IMG/VR virus record: IMGVR_UViG_3300007539_000009
Location: 32,001 to 96,000 of that record
DNA length: 64,000 nt
Direction: 5' to 3' (one strand)
Source of the DNA: a virus
Shown here: positions 17,041-26,945 of the stretch, piece by piece
How the letters are laid out: every line of letters begins with the position of its first letter
Numbering within the stretch: the stretch's first letter is position 1
Made by a program: the position numbers and the translations under genes
Notes under the pieces: model-generated
Databases searched by the model: none
The model's input: only the letters and a program-made list of their open reading frames with translations
Told to the model about the DNA's origin: nothing

Positions 17041-18321
17041 TCACTCGTTGAACGGGTTGCCCGGATCGTTGTAGAAGGTGAAGGTACCGGTCGTGTTGAG
17101 CGCGGTGCCTGCACTGTTCTGGAACAGGTTCGGCATGTCGATCGAAGCGCCCGACAGCAGGATGCTACCGATGCCCTTGATGTTGCCGAAGCCCATGCCG
17201 ACTTCTTCCCACGCCTCGAACTCGATGAAGCGACCGCGCTTGTCGATGAAGAAGCGCGTGCCCTCGAGCAGGAGGAAGCGACCGAGGAACTCGGGAGCCG
17301 GGAACGAGAACATCTGACCGGGCTGGACGATGTTCGGGTTGTCGCGGACCGTGGTGACGAAGGTGTACCCACCGACAGTGGTGTACTTGTAACCGTCACG
17401 CGTGATCTCGCTGGTGATCTCGAGGCCAGCCTCGGTATCAGACCATGCGATCGTGTCAGTCCAGTCGACCTCGTGCAGGAGGAAGACACGGCCCTTCATC
17501 TCGCGAGCGGGCTGGACCTTCATGAGGTCACGCAGCACGTTGCGGTCGAACTCCGTAGCCGTGGAGGTCAGGAAGTTCGAGAAGACCGCGTTCGCCGGGT
17601 TGTAGTTCGGGTGCGTGGCGTCGAAGTCCGCATCCCAACCGTGCGTGGCCGGAGCGCCGGCACTCGGGCTCAGGGCACCACCGTCACCGACAGCACCGGA
17701 GGTACCGGCGTTAGCGACGTTACGGGTGTAGATGTAGGAGGCGAAGGAGTACTTCGAGTTGAAGTTCTTGCCAGTCGCCTGGGCCATATCGTCACCCTCG
17801 TGGGTGACGGTCCCGCGATCGACCAGGGTGTTCATGCGACGGCGGGTCGCGAGGAACACAGCAGTCCGGACGTGATCCATGAAGATCTTGTCCTCTTGCT
17901 CCTGGATGTCCTTGACGGTGTTCTGCTCGAGAACCTTCGTCAGGGGCATGCGGTAGGAGCGAAGTTCGGACTCGCTCTTCTGGAACTTGTCGGAGCTGAT
18001 CGTGGTGAAGCGGATCTCGTACCGCTTCGCCTCGATGTAGGTCTTCGACGGCTCGCCACGCATGTTGATCTGCATGGCCAGCGAATCGGGCTCGATGTCG
18101 TCGATGTACGACAGGCCCTCATCGGTCGTGTTGCGGGTGAGCTCTGCGGTGGTGACTACCTGCGGGGGAAGCACACGACGAGCGAAGCTGTTTTCACGGA
18201 GCTTGTCCTGGATGTAGGAGCCCGTGACCTCAGCGGTCTTCTCGAGTGCGTCTCCGCCACGGTTGATCGCCTCACCGAAGAGAGAGTTGAACTCATCCGC
18301 GTTAAGCTGGAAATCGCTCAT
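17041..18321 (-). CDS. Major capsid protein (HK97-fold expected)
   Basis: 426 aa with the strongest codon bias in the window. IQDKLRENSFARRVLPPQVV...KFQKSESEL...DIQEQEDKIF pattern. Order is protease, scaffolds, cement, MCP, terminator. A single LEKTA at residues 26-30. Confidence 0.8.
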   Translation of the reverse strand: MSDFQLNADEFNSLFGEAINRGGDALEKTAEVTGSYIQDKLRENSFARRVLPPQVVTTAELTRNTTDEGLSYIDDIEPDSLAMQINMRGEPSKTYIEAKRYEIRFTTISSDKFQKSESELRSYRMPLTKVLEQNTVKDIQEQEDKIFMDHVRTAVFLATRRRMNTLVDRGTVTHEGDDMAQATGKNFNSKYSFASYIYTRNVANAGTSGAVGDGGALSPSAGAPATHGWDADFDATHPNYNPANAVFSNFLTSTATEFDRNVLRDLMKVQPAREMKGRVFLLHEVDWTDTIAWSDTEAGLEITSEITRDGYKYTTVGGYTFVTTVRDNPNIVQPGQMFSFPAPEFLGRFLLLEGTRFFIDKRGRFIEFEAWEEVGMGFGNIKGIGSILLSGASIDMPNLFQNSAGTALNTTGTFTFYNDPGNPFNE

Positions 18322-18367
18322 CTGTCTTGAGTGGTGGTCAGTTGTGGAAGGAGGGTGTCAGTTCAGA

Positions 18368-18898
18368 TCAGGCGAGCGCCGGAGCCGTGAACGGACGTGA
18401 GTGGAAGTCGAAGAACGCGTAACCACCCTCGACACGCGTGATGGTGCCGTAGTAGTAGTCGCCTGCGTTGTACGCCTCGGCATCGAACTTGCCGCTGGTG
18501 GCGATGAACACGCCCTGACCAACGGTCGGAAGCACGGCGTCGTTCCAGGAGCCCGCCGGGAGGCCGATCTCGAAAGCACCCGAACCCTGGATGCCGGTCA
18601 GACCGCCACCTTGGATCGAACGCGTCGGAGCGCCGGCATCAGTCGGGTCCGTCTGGCTGAACTGGATGTCCGTGCGACCGGAGTCGACGAAGTTGACCAG
18701 AACGCGGATGTCCGGGGCGGTAGCACCAGAGGCGGTACCGGTGGGAGCAGCTGCGTAGCCAGTGGAGGCAACGACGAAGGGTTCACCTTCGGCGATGTCG
18801 AACGAGCCGTCGTACTTGACGGCCTGCAGGTTGACGCTGGTGAGCTTCGCGTTGAGCGCGACCGTGCTCTGCGTCTTGCGAATTTCGCTAGTAGCCAT
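18368..18898 (-). CDS. Capsid cement/decoration protein
   Basis: 176 aa, beta-rich, directly upstream of MCP, strong codon bias. No K-x-A site. Confidence 0.55.
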   Translation of the reverse strand: MATSEIRKTQSTVALNAKLTSVNLQAVKYDGSFDIAEGEPFVVASTGYAAAPTGTASGATAPDIRVLVNFVDSGRTDIQFSQTDPTDAGAPTRSIQGGGLTGIQGSGAFEIGLPAGSWNDAVLPTVGQGVFIATSGKFDAEAYNAGDYYYGTITRVEGGYAFFDFHSRPFTAPALA

Positions 18899-18904
18899 GG
18901 TTTG

Positions 18905-19273
18905 TTACTCGGGGTTGAGTGCTGTCCGAAGTCCAGTGATCAGCCGGGCTTCGGCCGATGCACCAGACGCAGAGTCACCAGTACCAGTGTGGTCCAGTGC
19001 TCCGACGTCTGCTGAACCGAATCCGAGAGCAGCGGCCTGCTTGACGAGAGCGATGCTCTCGGGGTTGGTGCGGTATTCCGCAACCTTCTCTGTCATGTCC
19101 GCAGGATCAACCAATCCGTCCTCCACGAGCGCCATAACGCCGCGATAAACCTCCAGATCTTGCTGAAGGGCCGCAACCTCGGCTCGGGCGCTATCGCGCT
19201 CAGCAGCCTGCTTGCACAGAGCGTCACGAAGACTCTCCAGCAGGTCGATTCGGACTTGGACGGTCTTACCCAC
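18905..19273 (-). CDS. Putative scaffold/core protein
   Basis: Helical and acidic. CKQAA, EKVAE, VKQAA. Confidence 0.6.
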   Translation of the reverse strand: MGKTVQVRIDLLESLRDALCKQAAERDSARAEVAALQQDLEVYRGVMALVEDGLVDPADMTEKVAEYRTNPESIALVKQAAALGFGSADVGALDHTGTGDSASGASAEARLITGLRTALNPE

Positions 19274-19275
19274 GT

Positions 19276-19488
19276 TCAGGTGGCTTTGGAGAGGAGGTCG
19301 ATTGCAAGCGCGAGCTTGGCTACGCCGGTACGGCTCGACTCGGTCGAAGCCGCCTGCTTTGCCAAAGTCTCGTCGATCTCGCGGGTGAGCTCCTCTTCTT
19401 GTTCCGCTGAGGAAGGCTCAGCCTCGATAGGGGCTTTGCCTGCCTCAACGGCAACCTTGAGAAGCTCGTCTAGGGAAGAGAACTGCAT
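19276..19488 (-). CDS. Putative small scaffold/core protein
   Basis: 70 aa. LDELLKVA, AKQAAS, AKLA. Confidence 0.55.
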   Translation of the reverse strand: MQFSSLDELLKVAVEAGKAPIEAEPSSAEQEEELTREIDETLAKQAASTESSRTGVAKLALAIDLLSKAT

Positions 19489-19502
19489 CGCTCAGTAGAG
19501 CG

Positions 19503-20003
19503 TCAGCGGCTCTCTTCGTCTTCGCCCAGGATCTCAGCAGTCAGCTGCGCCAGGTGGCGACCGAAAGCCTCTTGCTCGTCCTCGGCAATCTTCTCGAGAT
19601 CGTCGACGGTGACACCAAGCTCAGCGAGGCGCTGACCGAGGACGCGACCCAGGCCGATGACCTGTTCCGCCGCCTCTTTGTTGAGCTCTTCGTCGCCGAA
19701 GTCGGGGCCTTCTTCTACGTCTTCGTAGTAGCCCTCTTCGCTGGCCTCTTTGACCTGCTCGTCGTCCTCGAAGGAGGCTTCGACAAGGTCAACGGCCAGA
19801 GAGAACTGCTCCGAGCGCGACAGGTCGGACGAAAGCGAGCCTTCCTCCATGGCCTGCTTGACGATATCGGTAGCCTCCGACAGGCGAGCAATGCGATTCT
19901 CATCGCCGGCCCAGGCTTCTTCGACTGCGGCGATCTTGGCCAGCAGCTCTTCTTCGACTTGAGCTTCGCGGCGCTCAGCCAGGTAGTTACTGAATGAGGT
20001 CAT
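19503..20003 (-). CDS. Putative scaffold/core protein
   Basis: Very acidic. All five lysines are in K-x-A. Confidence 0.65.
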   Translation of the reverse strand: MTSFSNYLAERREAQVEEELLAKIAAVEEAWAGDENRIARLSEATDIVKQAMEEGSLSSDLSRSEQFSLAVDLVEASFEDDEQVKEASEEGYYEDVEEGPDFGDEELNKEAAEQVIGLGRVLGQRLAELGVTVDDLEKIAEDEQEAFGRHLAQLTAEILGEDEESR

Positions 20004-20039
20004 TGGTTCAGTGCGCTTGAGGTTGCGGCGGACAGTAGA

Positions 20040-20447
20040 TCAGGCGCCCGCTTTGGGGAGGTTCCGCTGCGGGTTGACGACCGGTGCCGGGTTGCCCGAG
20101 ATCGCGCCGTCTTCTTCAGCACGAACGCTGGTATCGTCGCCCGGTGCGTGGGCTTCGCCCTTGAGCAGACCGATCTTCTTCGCCGTAGCGTGGACCGGAC
20201 CCTCCGGGATGGCGATACCGCGACCGCCAGCCGGAACGCCAGCAGCGAGCTTCTCGATCATGTGCGAAACAGCAGCTTCGCCAAACTCACGACCTGCGGC
20301 CTGTAGGTCCTCCGCGAGTTTGTCCATGGTGTCTTCGTCAGCGGTGGTCGCTTCGGTAGCCGCGTCCGAACCTTCCGAGGCGGTCTTCTCGACCTCGTCA
20401 GCTTCAGCTGCGAACCGCTTGAACAGGTCTTCGATGTTCTGTGACAT
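20040..20447 (-). CDS. Putative scaffold/core protein
   Basis: Acidic. EKTAS, DKLAE, EKLAA. Confidence 0.65.
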   Translation of the reverse strand: MSQNIEDLFKRFAAEADEVEKTASEGSDAATEATTADEDTMDKLAEDLQAAGREFGEAAVSHMIEKLAAGVPAGGRGIAIPEGPVHATAKKIGLLKGEAHAPGDDTSVRAEEDGAISGNPAPVVNPQRNLPKAGA

Positions 20448-20454
20448 GGTTGGT

Positions 20455-21828
20455 TCAGATTGCGGTTGCCAGGAATGGCATCCAGTTGGGAACCGAGCTC
20501 GATGCTCGGGGTACAGTGAAAGCTGCGTCTACGCCGTTTCGCTGCAACGCGAAGCGGATGATCGGGTCTCTCTCCTGTAGCGCAGCAAACTTCTCCAAGT
20601 CTATCTGACGCAGCAGGTTACGGTACCGATCGTGCCCGTAGGCAGACGCAGTTTTTACTAGGGCGAAATGAGAGAGCTGGCTCGCGGTGCGCCTGGTGAA
20701 GTACGGATCGAACATCGACCGCTTCTCCAGATGCGGCTCCAAAGCCATTACCAGTGTGCGGTTAGGAGAAGCCAGCGGCAACGGATCTGAGATTTGAGTC
20801 TCTCCAGCCACTTTCTCGTACTCGTCATTCGTCAGATAGATCCCTAACGACACGCAAGCGCGCAGGGCTTCCTGTGCTCCAGCGTTGGCCAGTTTCTCGA
20901 GTACACCGGCCGGGAGCGGCTTAATGTATGTGAGGTCCTGGTGGGCTGACTTTTTCACGAAGTCGACCAGGCGGGGGTCGGTATCCGACTTCTTGGCAGG
21001 AACTGACTTAGCCACAGGCTCCATCGGCATGTCCTTCCGTATCTCGGACTTCTTGGACAGCGAAGCGCTGGCTACTTTGCGGATCGACCACGCGCTGCGA
21101 TCGGCCGGTGTGAGCACCCGGGAGATATCGAAGAAGCGCGGGAAATCGTTGTACGCGTAAACACGGCGACCATCAGGGAGCATCCTCCCCAGCCAGTTTT
21201 TTAGGTGGTCGCAGTAGTCGGCGCGCTGCTTAGCCGGGTTGCCGCAGATGCTGCAACGGTCGTAAGGCAGCTTAGCGCCCATTGACCACGGGACCGGTGT
21301 ACCGTCGTCAATCATCTTGACGACGTCAGGCGCGTGCTTTGTGCGGACGAACACAATCAGCTCGACCCGCTTCATCTTGTCGTTGTATGCGCTGGCGATC
21401 ACATCGCCGATCGACTTCGCAGGGTCTTTGTTCTCGTGGAACTTGTAGACGTGCGCGTAACGCGGGAACGTGTGCTCGCCGTACGCTTCTTTGGGCGGGA
21501 TGACGATGTTCGGGTACTTCTTCCGAACGCGATCATTGATGTAGCGTGCGATGTCGCTAGGCGGATCCATAGCCTTGAGGCTCCACTCCGGGAATGCGTC
21601 CCCGTTGCGGTTATGGCCCCAAGTCTCGCACGCACCTAACGCGTTCAACAGGACGTAGCGCCCGTCTTGGCGCGGCTTCAGCTGCTCAGCTACACGCAGT
21701 AGCGACTCAGGTGTTGAGTCAGCAGATGCGATCTTGTCGAACGTCGAGCCGTGCACAAGGCTGTAGTCAGGGCCCCAATCGTGGTAGCCGCCTACATCGA
21801 ACGTCTTGCCTGAGGTTGCGAAGCTCAC
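20455..21828 (-). CDS. Prohead (capsid maturation) protease, HK97/assemblin-like, with zinc-finger insertion
   Basis: NRNGDAFP; candidate His in KFHENKD; GDVIASAY; candidate Ser in PWSMG; CSICG...YCDH; FFDISRVLTPAD. Lies upstream of the scaffold and MCP genes. Confidence 0.75.
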   Translation of the reverse strand: MSFATSGKTFDVGGYHDWGPDYSLVHGSTFDKIASADSTPESLLRVAEQLKPRQDGRYVLLNALGACETWGHNRNGDAFPEWSLKAMDPPSDIARYINDRVRKKYPNIVIPPKEAYGEHTFPRYAHVYKFHENKDPAKSIGDVIASAYNDKMKRVELIVFVRTKHAPDVVKMIDDGTPVPWSMGAKLPYDRCSICGNPAKQRADYCDHLKNWLGRMLPDGRRVYAYNDFPRFFDISRVLTPADRSAWSIRKVASASLSKKSEIRKDMPMEPVAKSVPAKKSDTDPRLVDFVKKSAHQDLTYIKPLPAGVLEKLANAGAQEALRACVSLGIYLTNDEYEKVAGETQISDPLPLASPNRTLVMALEPHLEKRSMFDPYFTRRTASQLSHFALVKTASAYGHDRYRNLLRQIDLEKFAALQERDPIIRFALQRNGVDAAFTVPRASSSVPNWMPFLATAI

Positions 21829-22160
21829 TTTTTGTTGCGCTCTTTCATCCTACGCCTGTGCGAACTGTAAGCGCGCACAATGTCCTCGTTAGCACGTAGT
21901 AGTGACCCAATAGCCTTCCCTCGGCTCGACCCGAGCTTGCTGAGCTCGTCAGCGAACCCGCAGAGCATTGCGTACTTAGCCGGCCCTTCTACGCCTCGAT
22001 AGTTGCGGTGCTTGCGAGAGTGCTTGCGCTGGTAGCTTTCTCGATTCTCGAGATGACCGGTTTGCGGGCCTGCTCGACGAGTATCTGATTCGTCTTGCTG
22101 ACGATAGACGGGAGGAGCACCGCCCGGGTCGGTGATGGCGGTGTACTGATACTCGGCCAT
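21825..22160 (-). CDS. Small basic protein with internal GFADELSKLG tag
   Basis: Coupled overlaps on both sides; carries a variant of the tag. Confidence 0.6.
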   Translation of the reverse strand: MAEYQYTAITDPGGAPPVYRQQDESDTRRAGPQTGHLENRESYQRKHSRKHRNYRGVEGPAKYAMLCGFADELSKLGSSRGKAIGSLLRANEDIVRAYSSHRRRMKERNKK

Positions 22161-22870
22161 CAGTTCTTCTTGCGGCCCGCGAAGCCCTCCATCGCCTTGC
22201 TCGACAGGCTGGCCACTGACTTACCGAGCTCAGGCAACCTCGCGGTGCTCTCATCACGGTAGGACCCGTAATCACGTTGCAGACTGAGCAGGTCCTTGAC
22301 GCGCGTAGTTGTCAGTGCGCGGGGACCGAAGGTCTGCATATCCCGCATCACGTTGCCCGCCAGCAGCGGATCCGCCGCTACATCAGGAGCGAAGTTCTTG
22401 ATGATTCGGAAGTAATGGTGGGCGTTGGGATCGTCGCGCAGCGTTGGGTTCTCGTGGACGATCTGCTTGACGGACTCGTTAATCTGCCGCCCACGCTGGC
22501 GCTTACGGATGCTGGCGCTGATAGCAGGCGTTGCTGCCAGAGCAAGGCCCGCACCCGCACCTACAAACTTGATCGCGTTCGCAATGTTCGTCGGGTTCCT
22601 GAGCGCCGGCAGCAGCGTGCTAGCTGCGCCAGTCTTCTCAAGCCGGTCGCAGTCGTCTGCCAACTCCTGGCAGAAGCCTAGGAAGCTCTCTGCGTAATCC
22701 GGATCCTCGATCTGCTGCGCAGCTTCTTTGACCAGGTCGACAACAGCCTCACTGTCATCTTCGCTGATCGCGCGCGCCAGCTTTACGCCGAAGTCTGACA
22801 CATCTGCCCGCTGATCGCGAGAGAGGTGCGTGCCGTAGAGGCAGGCAAACTCAGTGAATACTCCGCTCAT
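22160..22870 (-). CDS. Hypothetical head-associated protein with hydrophobic helix
   Basis: VKLAR, VKEAA, LEKTGA. Acidic N-half, hydrophobic IKFVGAGAGLALAA segment, basic C-half. Confidence 0.65.
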   Translation of the reverse strand: MSGVFTEFACLYGTHLSRDQRADVSDFGVKLARAISEDDSEAVVDLVKEAAQQIEDPDYAESFLGFCQELADDCDRLEKTGAASTLLPALRNPTNIANAIKFVGAGAGLALAATPAISASIRKRQRGRQINESVKQIVHENPTLRDDPNAHHYFRIIKNFAPDVAADPLLAGNVMRDMQTFGPRALTTTRVKDLLSLQRDYGSYRDESTARLPELGKSVASLSSKAMEGFAGRKKN

Positions 22871-24033
22871 TTGCTCTTATGCGCCGCCGGCGTTGCTTTG
22901 CTTTGGTGGGTACCGGGGATGTAGTCACGCGTCAGCTGACCGAACCCCCGTGTGATTGCTTTGTCTGCACCGGAGCTCAGTACGTCTTTTAGTGACGTAG
23001 GCTTGTAGCCCTTCATCACAGAATCGACACCGCTTTGAGATGCAGCTGTCTTTGTTATTGCCGCGTCGATTACAGCTGCAAACCCATCGGTTGTGGCTGT
23101 GCGAGCATCTAGCGACTCTGCGAACTTCTGAACTTGCGGCTCAGCGGTTTCGTTGTCCATGATCACTTGCTGGATGTCACGAACAGTGCTGCTCAGGTTG
23201 TCGACCTCGGTTTTCCAATCGTTGAGGTTCTCCGAGAGGTCCATCTTGCGCTTGACCTCGGTCAGCGTGCCGTAGAGCGCCGCCCGACCGTTGATGACTG
23301 TCACGTCCGGCCCACCAAGACGACCGCCTGAGCGATCGAAGTCGTCGACGGCGGCAAGCTCAGTGGCGTCAGCCAGGGCGACGTTAGTGGGGTGCGCATG
23401 CTTACGCATCTCGTTCTGAACCGCCTGGAAGATCGGGGTCCAGCGGCCGGGGCTGTCCGGGGTCAAGCACTGAGCGTATTTGTGCATGTCGGCCAGCCGC
23501 CCACGCGCTGAGTAGACGTACTCAGTGGCGAGCTTCATCAGCTCAGTCATGTCCTCGCGGAAGTCCTGAGCTAGACCGATGGAGCGCGCATTGATCATAC
23601 GCCCGTAGTTGTCAGCGCGAGATGCGACCTTCTCCAGGTGGATCAGGGCTGCGCGCTTCTCGGCCTCGTACAGCTCCTTAGACTTCGGATCAATCCGGTC
23701 CAGGTCGCGGTCGAGGGTCGAGCCCCGCCCAGTGATGAACGAAGAGGCGACCTTACGGATCTCCTGTACGGACACCCCTTTGTCCTGCGGGCCGAGCAGC
23801 TCGAGGACGGCATCTGTAGATGCCAGGTCAAACTCCTGGCCGCCCTTGGCTGCCACCTTGCGGAGCCCGTCACTGGTGGCGTGATTGGCGGCTGTCACCA
23901 GCGAGCCGATCTCCAAGCGCGTCAGACCCTTGTCCTGGGCGATCTTGGCGATTGACTCATTGAGGCTAGCGCCGTCACGGACGTAGGTCCGCGCAGCGTC
24001 TTGAGCCAGCAACTGAATCTCGATGTTTTTCAT
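22867..24033 (-). CDS. Helical head-associated protein with about 10 K-x-A sites
   Basis: AKIA, RKVA (x2), EKRA, EKVA, MKLA, HKYA, RKHA, QKFA, TKTA. Confidence 0.7.
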   Translation of the reverse strand: MKNIEIQLLAQDAARTYVRDGASLNESIAKIAQDKGLTRLEIGSLVTAANHATSDGLRKVAAKGGQEFDLASTDAVLELLGPQDKGVSVQEIRKVASSFITGRGSTLDRDLDRIDPKSKELYEAEKRAALIHLEKVASRADNYGRMINARSIGLAQDFREDMTELMKLATEYVYSARGRLADMHKYAQCLTPDSPGRWTPIFQAVQNEMRKHAHPTNVALADATELAAVDDFDRSGGRLGGPDVTVINGRAALYGTLTEVKRKMDLSENLNDWKTEVDNLSSTVRDIQQVIMDNETAEPQVQKFAESLDARTATTDGFAAVIDAAITKTAASQSGVDSVMKGYKPTSLKDVLSSGADKAITRGFGQLTRDYIPGTHQSKATPAAHKSK

Positions 24034-24094
24034 GGGTGAGCAGGGCCGCTAAAATCGCCCTCATACCAATCGTAGGCGCCCTGGCGGGCAAGAG

Positions 24095-25873
24095 TTAGGG
24101 CAGGTTGGGCAGCAGGGTGGTTGTGAGCTCGCCGTAGTACTGCATACAAGCCGCCTCAGCGTACGCCAGGCTGTGGAATGCGTCGTCCGGGACCTCGTGG
24201 TCGTATTTGTAGGTGTTCCGCCGCTCGTCGAACTCGATGTAGATACCGGTGAAATCAGACACAAACGGCTTCAGGTCCATGAAGTTGAAGAAGCGCGTCT
24301 TGCCAGTTCTGATCTTGTCGACAATCAGCTCGATCATCTGGTTGCGGTCGATCGAGTAGCGCTCAGCGTCAGGGCGCCACTTAGCCAGGAGGCCCTGCTG
24401 GACGTACTGCATCTGCATCAGCAGCCGCTCAGCGCCGTACCAGTTCCACCCCAACTCGTCGACCAGTCGGGCGTTCTGAGCCGCACCAAAGCCCCAGTCA
24501 GCTCCGCACCAGCGCACGTTGCACTGGGTCATGATCTCGTTGAGCGCTCCTACCTGCTTAGAGAGGTTCACTTCTGTACCAGTGAACTTCTTCATGTAGA
24601 GAACGTGGAACACGCCTTGTTTGTCACGGTGACCAATTGTGATCACGGTGTACGACGGGTTGTCTCCCTCTCCTGAGCCGTAGTCAATGCCGGCAAATAC
24701 CGGGACGCCGCGATTGGCTATTTCGCGGATAGCACGAAACTGGCTCATCTCCCGCTCTTCGCACGCATTCCGCATGACGCTTTCGGTCAGCACTAGCTGA
24801 CCCTCGTCATACGGCAAGCCCAGCACCTCATTGAAGTACCGACGCGCGCTGTACTCTTCGCGCTTGGCCTTGACCTTGGCGTGGCTTTGGAACGGTACGA
24901 TCAGCTGCGGGATGCGGAAGCCCCAGCGATGGTCTAAGTAGCTCGGCTGGCTGGGAACCCACTTGCCGTTTCGCGGTTCGATCTCTTTTCGACAGCGCGT
25001 GCAGCGGTAAGCATCGTCCGCAACGATCTCGTCATCTGGATAGTTCCAGTGATTACATGCGCTGCACTTGATCAGCCACTCGAACTGGCTGGTTCTAGTC
25101 CAAGTTCGGCTGATTAGGTTGGATGTTGTCTTCGGTGTTCCAGCGTACAGCCGGAACTTGCGATGGTCCTTGGCGTGGGATTGGCACTCCTCGAGAACCT
25201 CAATCGCGTCGGAGACAATGTCCTGAATCTCGTCTACCAACAGGTGCTCGCAGGTGATGCCTCGAGCGTTGTCAGCGGACAGGTAGCACGACCGGAAGTT
25301 GAAAAACGCACCGTTGGTGAACTCACGGGACGAGACTTGCCACAGCGTCTTGCTGGGCTGCACCCACAGGCCCATGTCCGGTGAGTCCTCACACATTGCG
25401 CGGAATCGCTGCGTAGAGAACACGGACACCTGATCCCATCGAGGCGCGATGTATAGCGTTTTGTACGCTTTGTACATCGCAGCCAACGAGATGGACTTCG
25501 CTGCCTGGGACGTGGACTTCTCAACCTGTCGTCCAGCCAGCATCAGCACGTTACGACACCCCATTGGGTACTGCTTGCGCAGGTCATAGACGCCGTACAG
25601 GTACTCTCTGCCTGTGAAGTCAAACGGCTCGCGGTCGACAGTCAAGAAGTTCTTGACGAAGCCAGAGACAGTAGAAACCGCCTTAGGTCCGCCCAGGTCT
25701 TTCTTGACTCGGTGAGCCGCGACGTGCTGGCTCTCCTGAGCAATCTGCTCTGCCTGCTGGTTGTACTTCGACCAATCGATCGCCTCGAGGTCGTTGTTGG
25801 CCAGCGTGACCGCCACGTCACGCAGCAGCTGTGCATGTGTAGTGGGCGGAGCAGTTCCTAGAAGTTCAGCCAA
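24095..25873 (-). CDS. terL: Terminase large subunit
   Basis: Walker A GRQVEKST, Walker B LLVDEIQD, motif III AGTP, zinc ribbon CSAC..CTRC, nuclease FAGIDYG and DDAFHS. Confidence 0.9.
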   Translation of the reverse strand: MAELLGTAPPTTHAQLLRDVAVTLANNDLEAIDWSKYNQQAEQIAQESQHVAAHRVKKDLGGPKAVSTVSGFVKNFLTVDREPFDFTGREYLYGVYDLRKQYPMGCRNVLMLAGRQVEKSTSQAAKSISLAAMYKAYKTLYIAPRWDQVSVFSTQRFRAMCEDSPDMGLWVQPSKTLWQVSSREFTNGAFFNFRSCYLSADNARGITCEHLLVDEIQDIVSDAIEVLEECQSHAKDHRKFRLYAGTPKTTSNLISRTWTRTSQFEWLIKCSACNHWNYPDDEIVADDAYRCTRCRKEIEPRNGKWVPSQPSYLDHRWGFRIPQLIVPFQSHAKVKAKREEYSARRYFNEVLGLPYDEGQLVLTESVMRNACEEREMSQFRAIREIANRGVPVFAGIDYGSGEGDNPSYTVITIGHRDKQGVFHVLYMKKFTGTEVNLSKQVGALNEIMTQCNVRWCGADWGFGAAQNARLVDELGWNWYGAERLLMQMQYVQQGLLAKWRPDAERYSIDRNQMIELIVDKIRTGKTRFFNFMDLKPFVSDFTGIYIEFDERRNTYKYDHEVPDDAFHSLAYAEAACMQYYGELTTTLLPNLP

Positions 25874-26942
25874 CGTCTTCAGCCCCCTTGTCTTTAGGGA
25901 TCTCGAAGAGGTTGTCGTCGACGTCGTCTTCTCGGATCTCGAAACGATCGAACACAGACTCTGCCTCAGCTTGGCCTACCGGCTTGCGCTTGGGATCCTC
26001 TGCGCGGTCAACCAAGAGCATGAGCGCCTTGAAGTCGCGGTCGAACATGGCGCGCGAGTCGGCGTCAGATGCATCGCGGTTTAGGTAGACCCGCCGCATG
26101 AGGCTGAGCTGCAGCGTGCTGAGCATTGCTTCGGTTCCTGCTTCGCCGTCATGGAGACCAAGCTGAGCCATGACCGAATCGACATCGCTACCGATACCGA
26201 TGGACAGCAGCTTGCGCACGGACGGCTTGAGACGCTTCAGGTGGGCTTTGAGCTCTTCGCCGTTCAGGAACGAGTAGTCCGAGAACAGCTGCTGATAGAA
26301 CAGCAACTGGTCGGGGTTAACGGACATACCCGTCATGCTCTCTGCCGCTGCCTGGATCTCCTCAAGTGATGAGGTCGTAGCCAGCAGTGTCTCGAGCGTC
26401 CACTTCTCCTCTGGGTGCGTCAACAACCAAAAGCCGTCTACACGCTCTGGGTTGTCGTAGAAGATGTCAATCTCGCAGGTCTCCAGCACTGTGCGCAGCT
26501 GCTGGGTCTCTACTTTGGTTGACGGTTCTTTGCCTGCGTTGACGCAAACTCTCAGCTTGTCCGGCAGGTTCCGCAGGAAGATGACGTAATGCCGCTCTAG
26601 CTGCGACTTAGGAAACCGCGACGATGCGAGGTTGTACTCAAGCAGTTCGTCGTAAACGTCGTCTAACGGGAGCTGTAAAAACCGCAGAAACAGAAAGCGT
26701 TGGAAAGGTACACGAGATACCCGAGTGCGCTGCGTAGCGGACCCAAATGAATGTATATGATTACCCGCGCCGTGTAGCAGACGCCGATTGGCGACTGTTA
26801 GCTTCGTCCTCAACAGACCGTGCTTTGCTTCCCAGCTCAGCTCTAGCTGTCCAGAGCCTTCTAGCTCTCGCAGCGTCCGGTCTGTGATGCCGAACTCTTT
26901 GCATAGTTGGACGCGGGAGTAAGCCTTATCGGCTTCTCCCAT
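25866..26942 (-). CDS. Hypothetical protein with N-terminal HTH; candidate terminase small subunit
   Basis: YSRVQLCKEFGITDRTLRELE HTH-like start. Overlaps the terL start. Confidence 0.5.
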   Translation of the reverse strand: MGEADKAYSRVQLCKEFGITDRTLRELEGSGQLELSWEAKHGLLRTKLTVANRRLLHGAGNHIHSFGSATQRTRVSRVPFQRFLFLRFLQLPLDDVYDELLEYNLASSRFPKSQLERHYVIFLRNLPDKLRVCVNAGKEPSTKVETQQLRTVLETCEIDIFYDNPERVDGFWLLTHPEEKWTLETLLATTSSLEEIQAAAESMTGMSVNPDQLLFYQQLFSDYSFLNGEELKAHLKRLKPSVRKLLSIGIGSDVDSVMAQLGLHDGEAGTEAMLSTLQLSLMRRVYLNRDASDADSRAMFDRDFKALMLLVDRAEDPKRKPVGQAEAESVFDRFEIREDDVDDNLFEIPKDKGAEDVG

Positions 26943-26945
26943 GGC

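Noticed and set aside
16888-18330. 480-aa + strand ORF antisense to the major capsid gene
   Set aside because: Shadow ORF expected from the extreme codon bias of MCP. No start signals or recognisable motifs.
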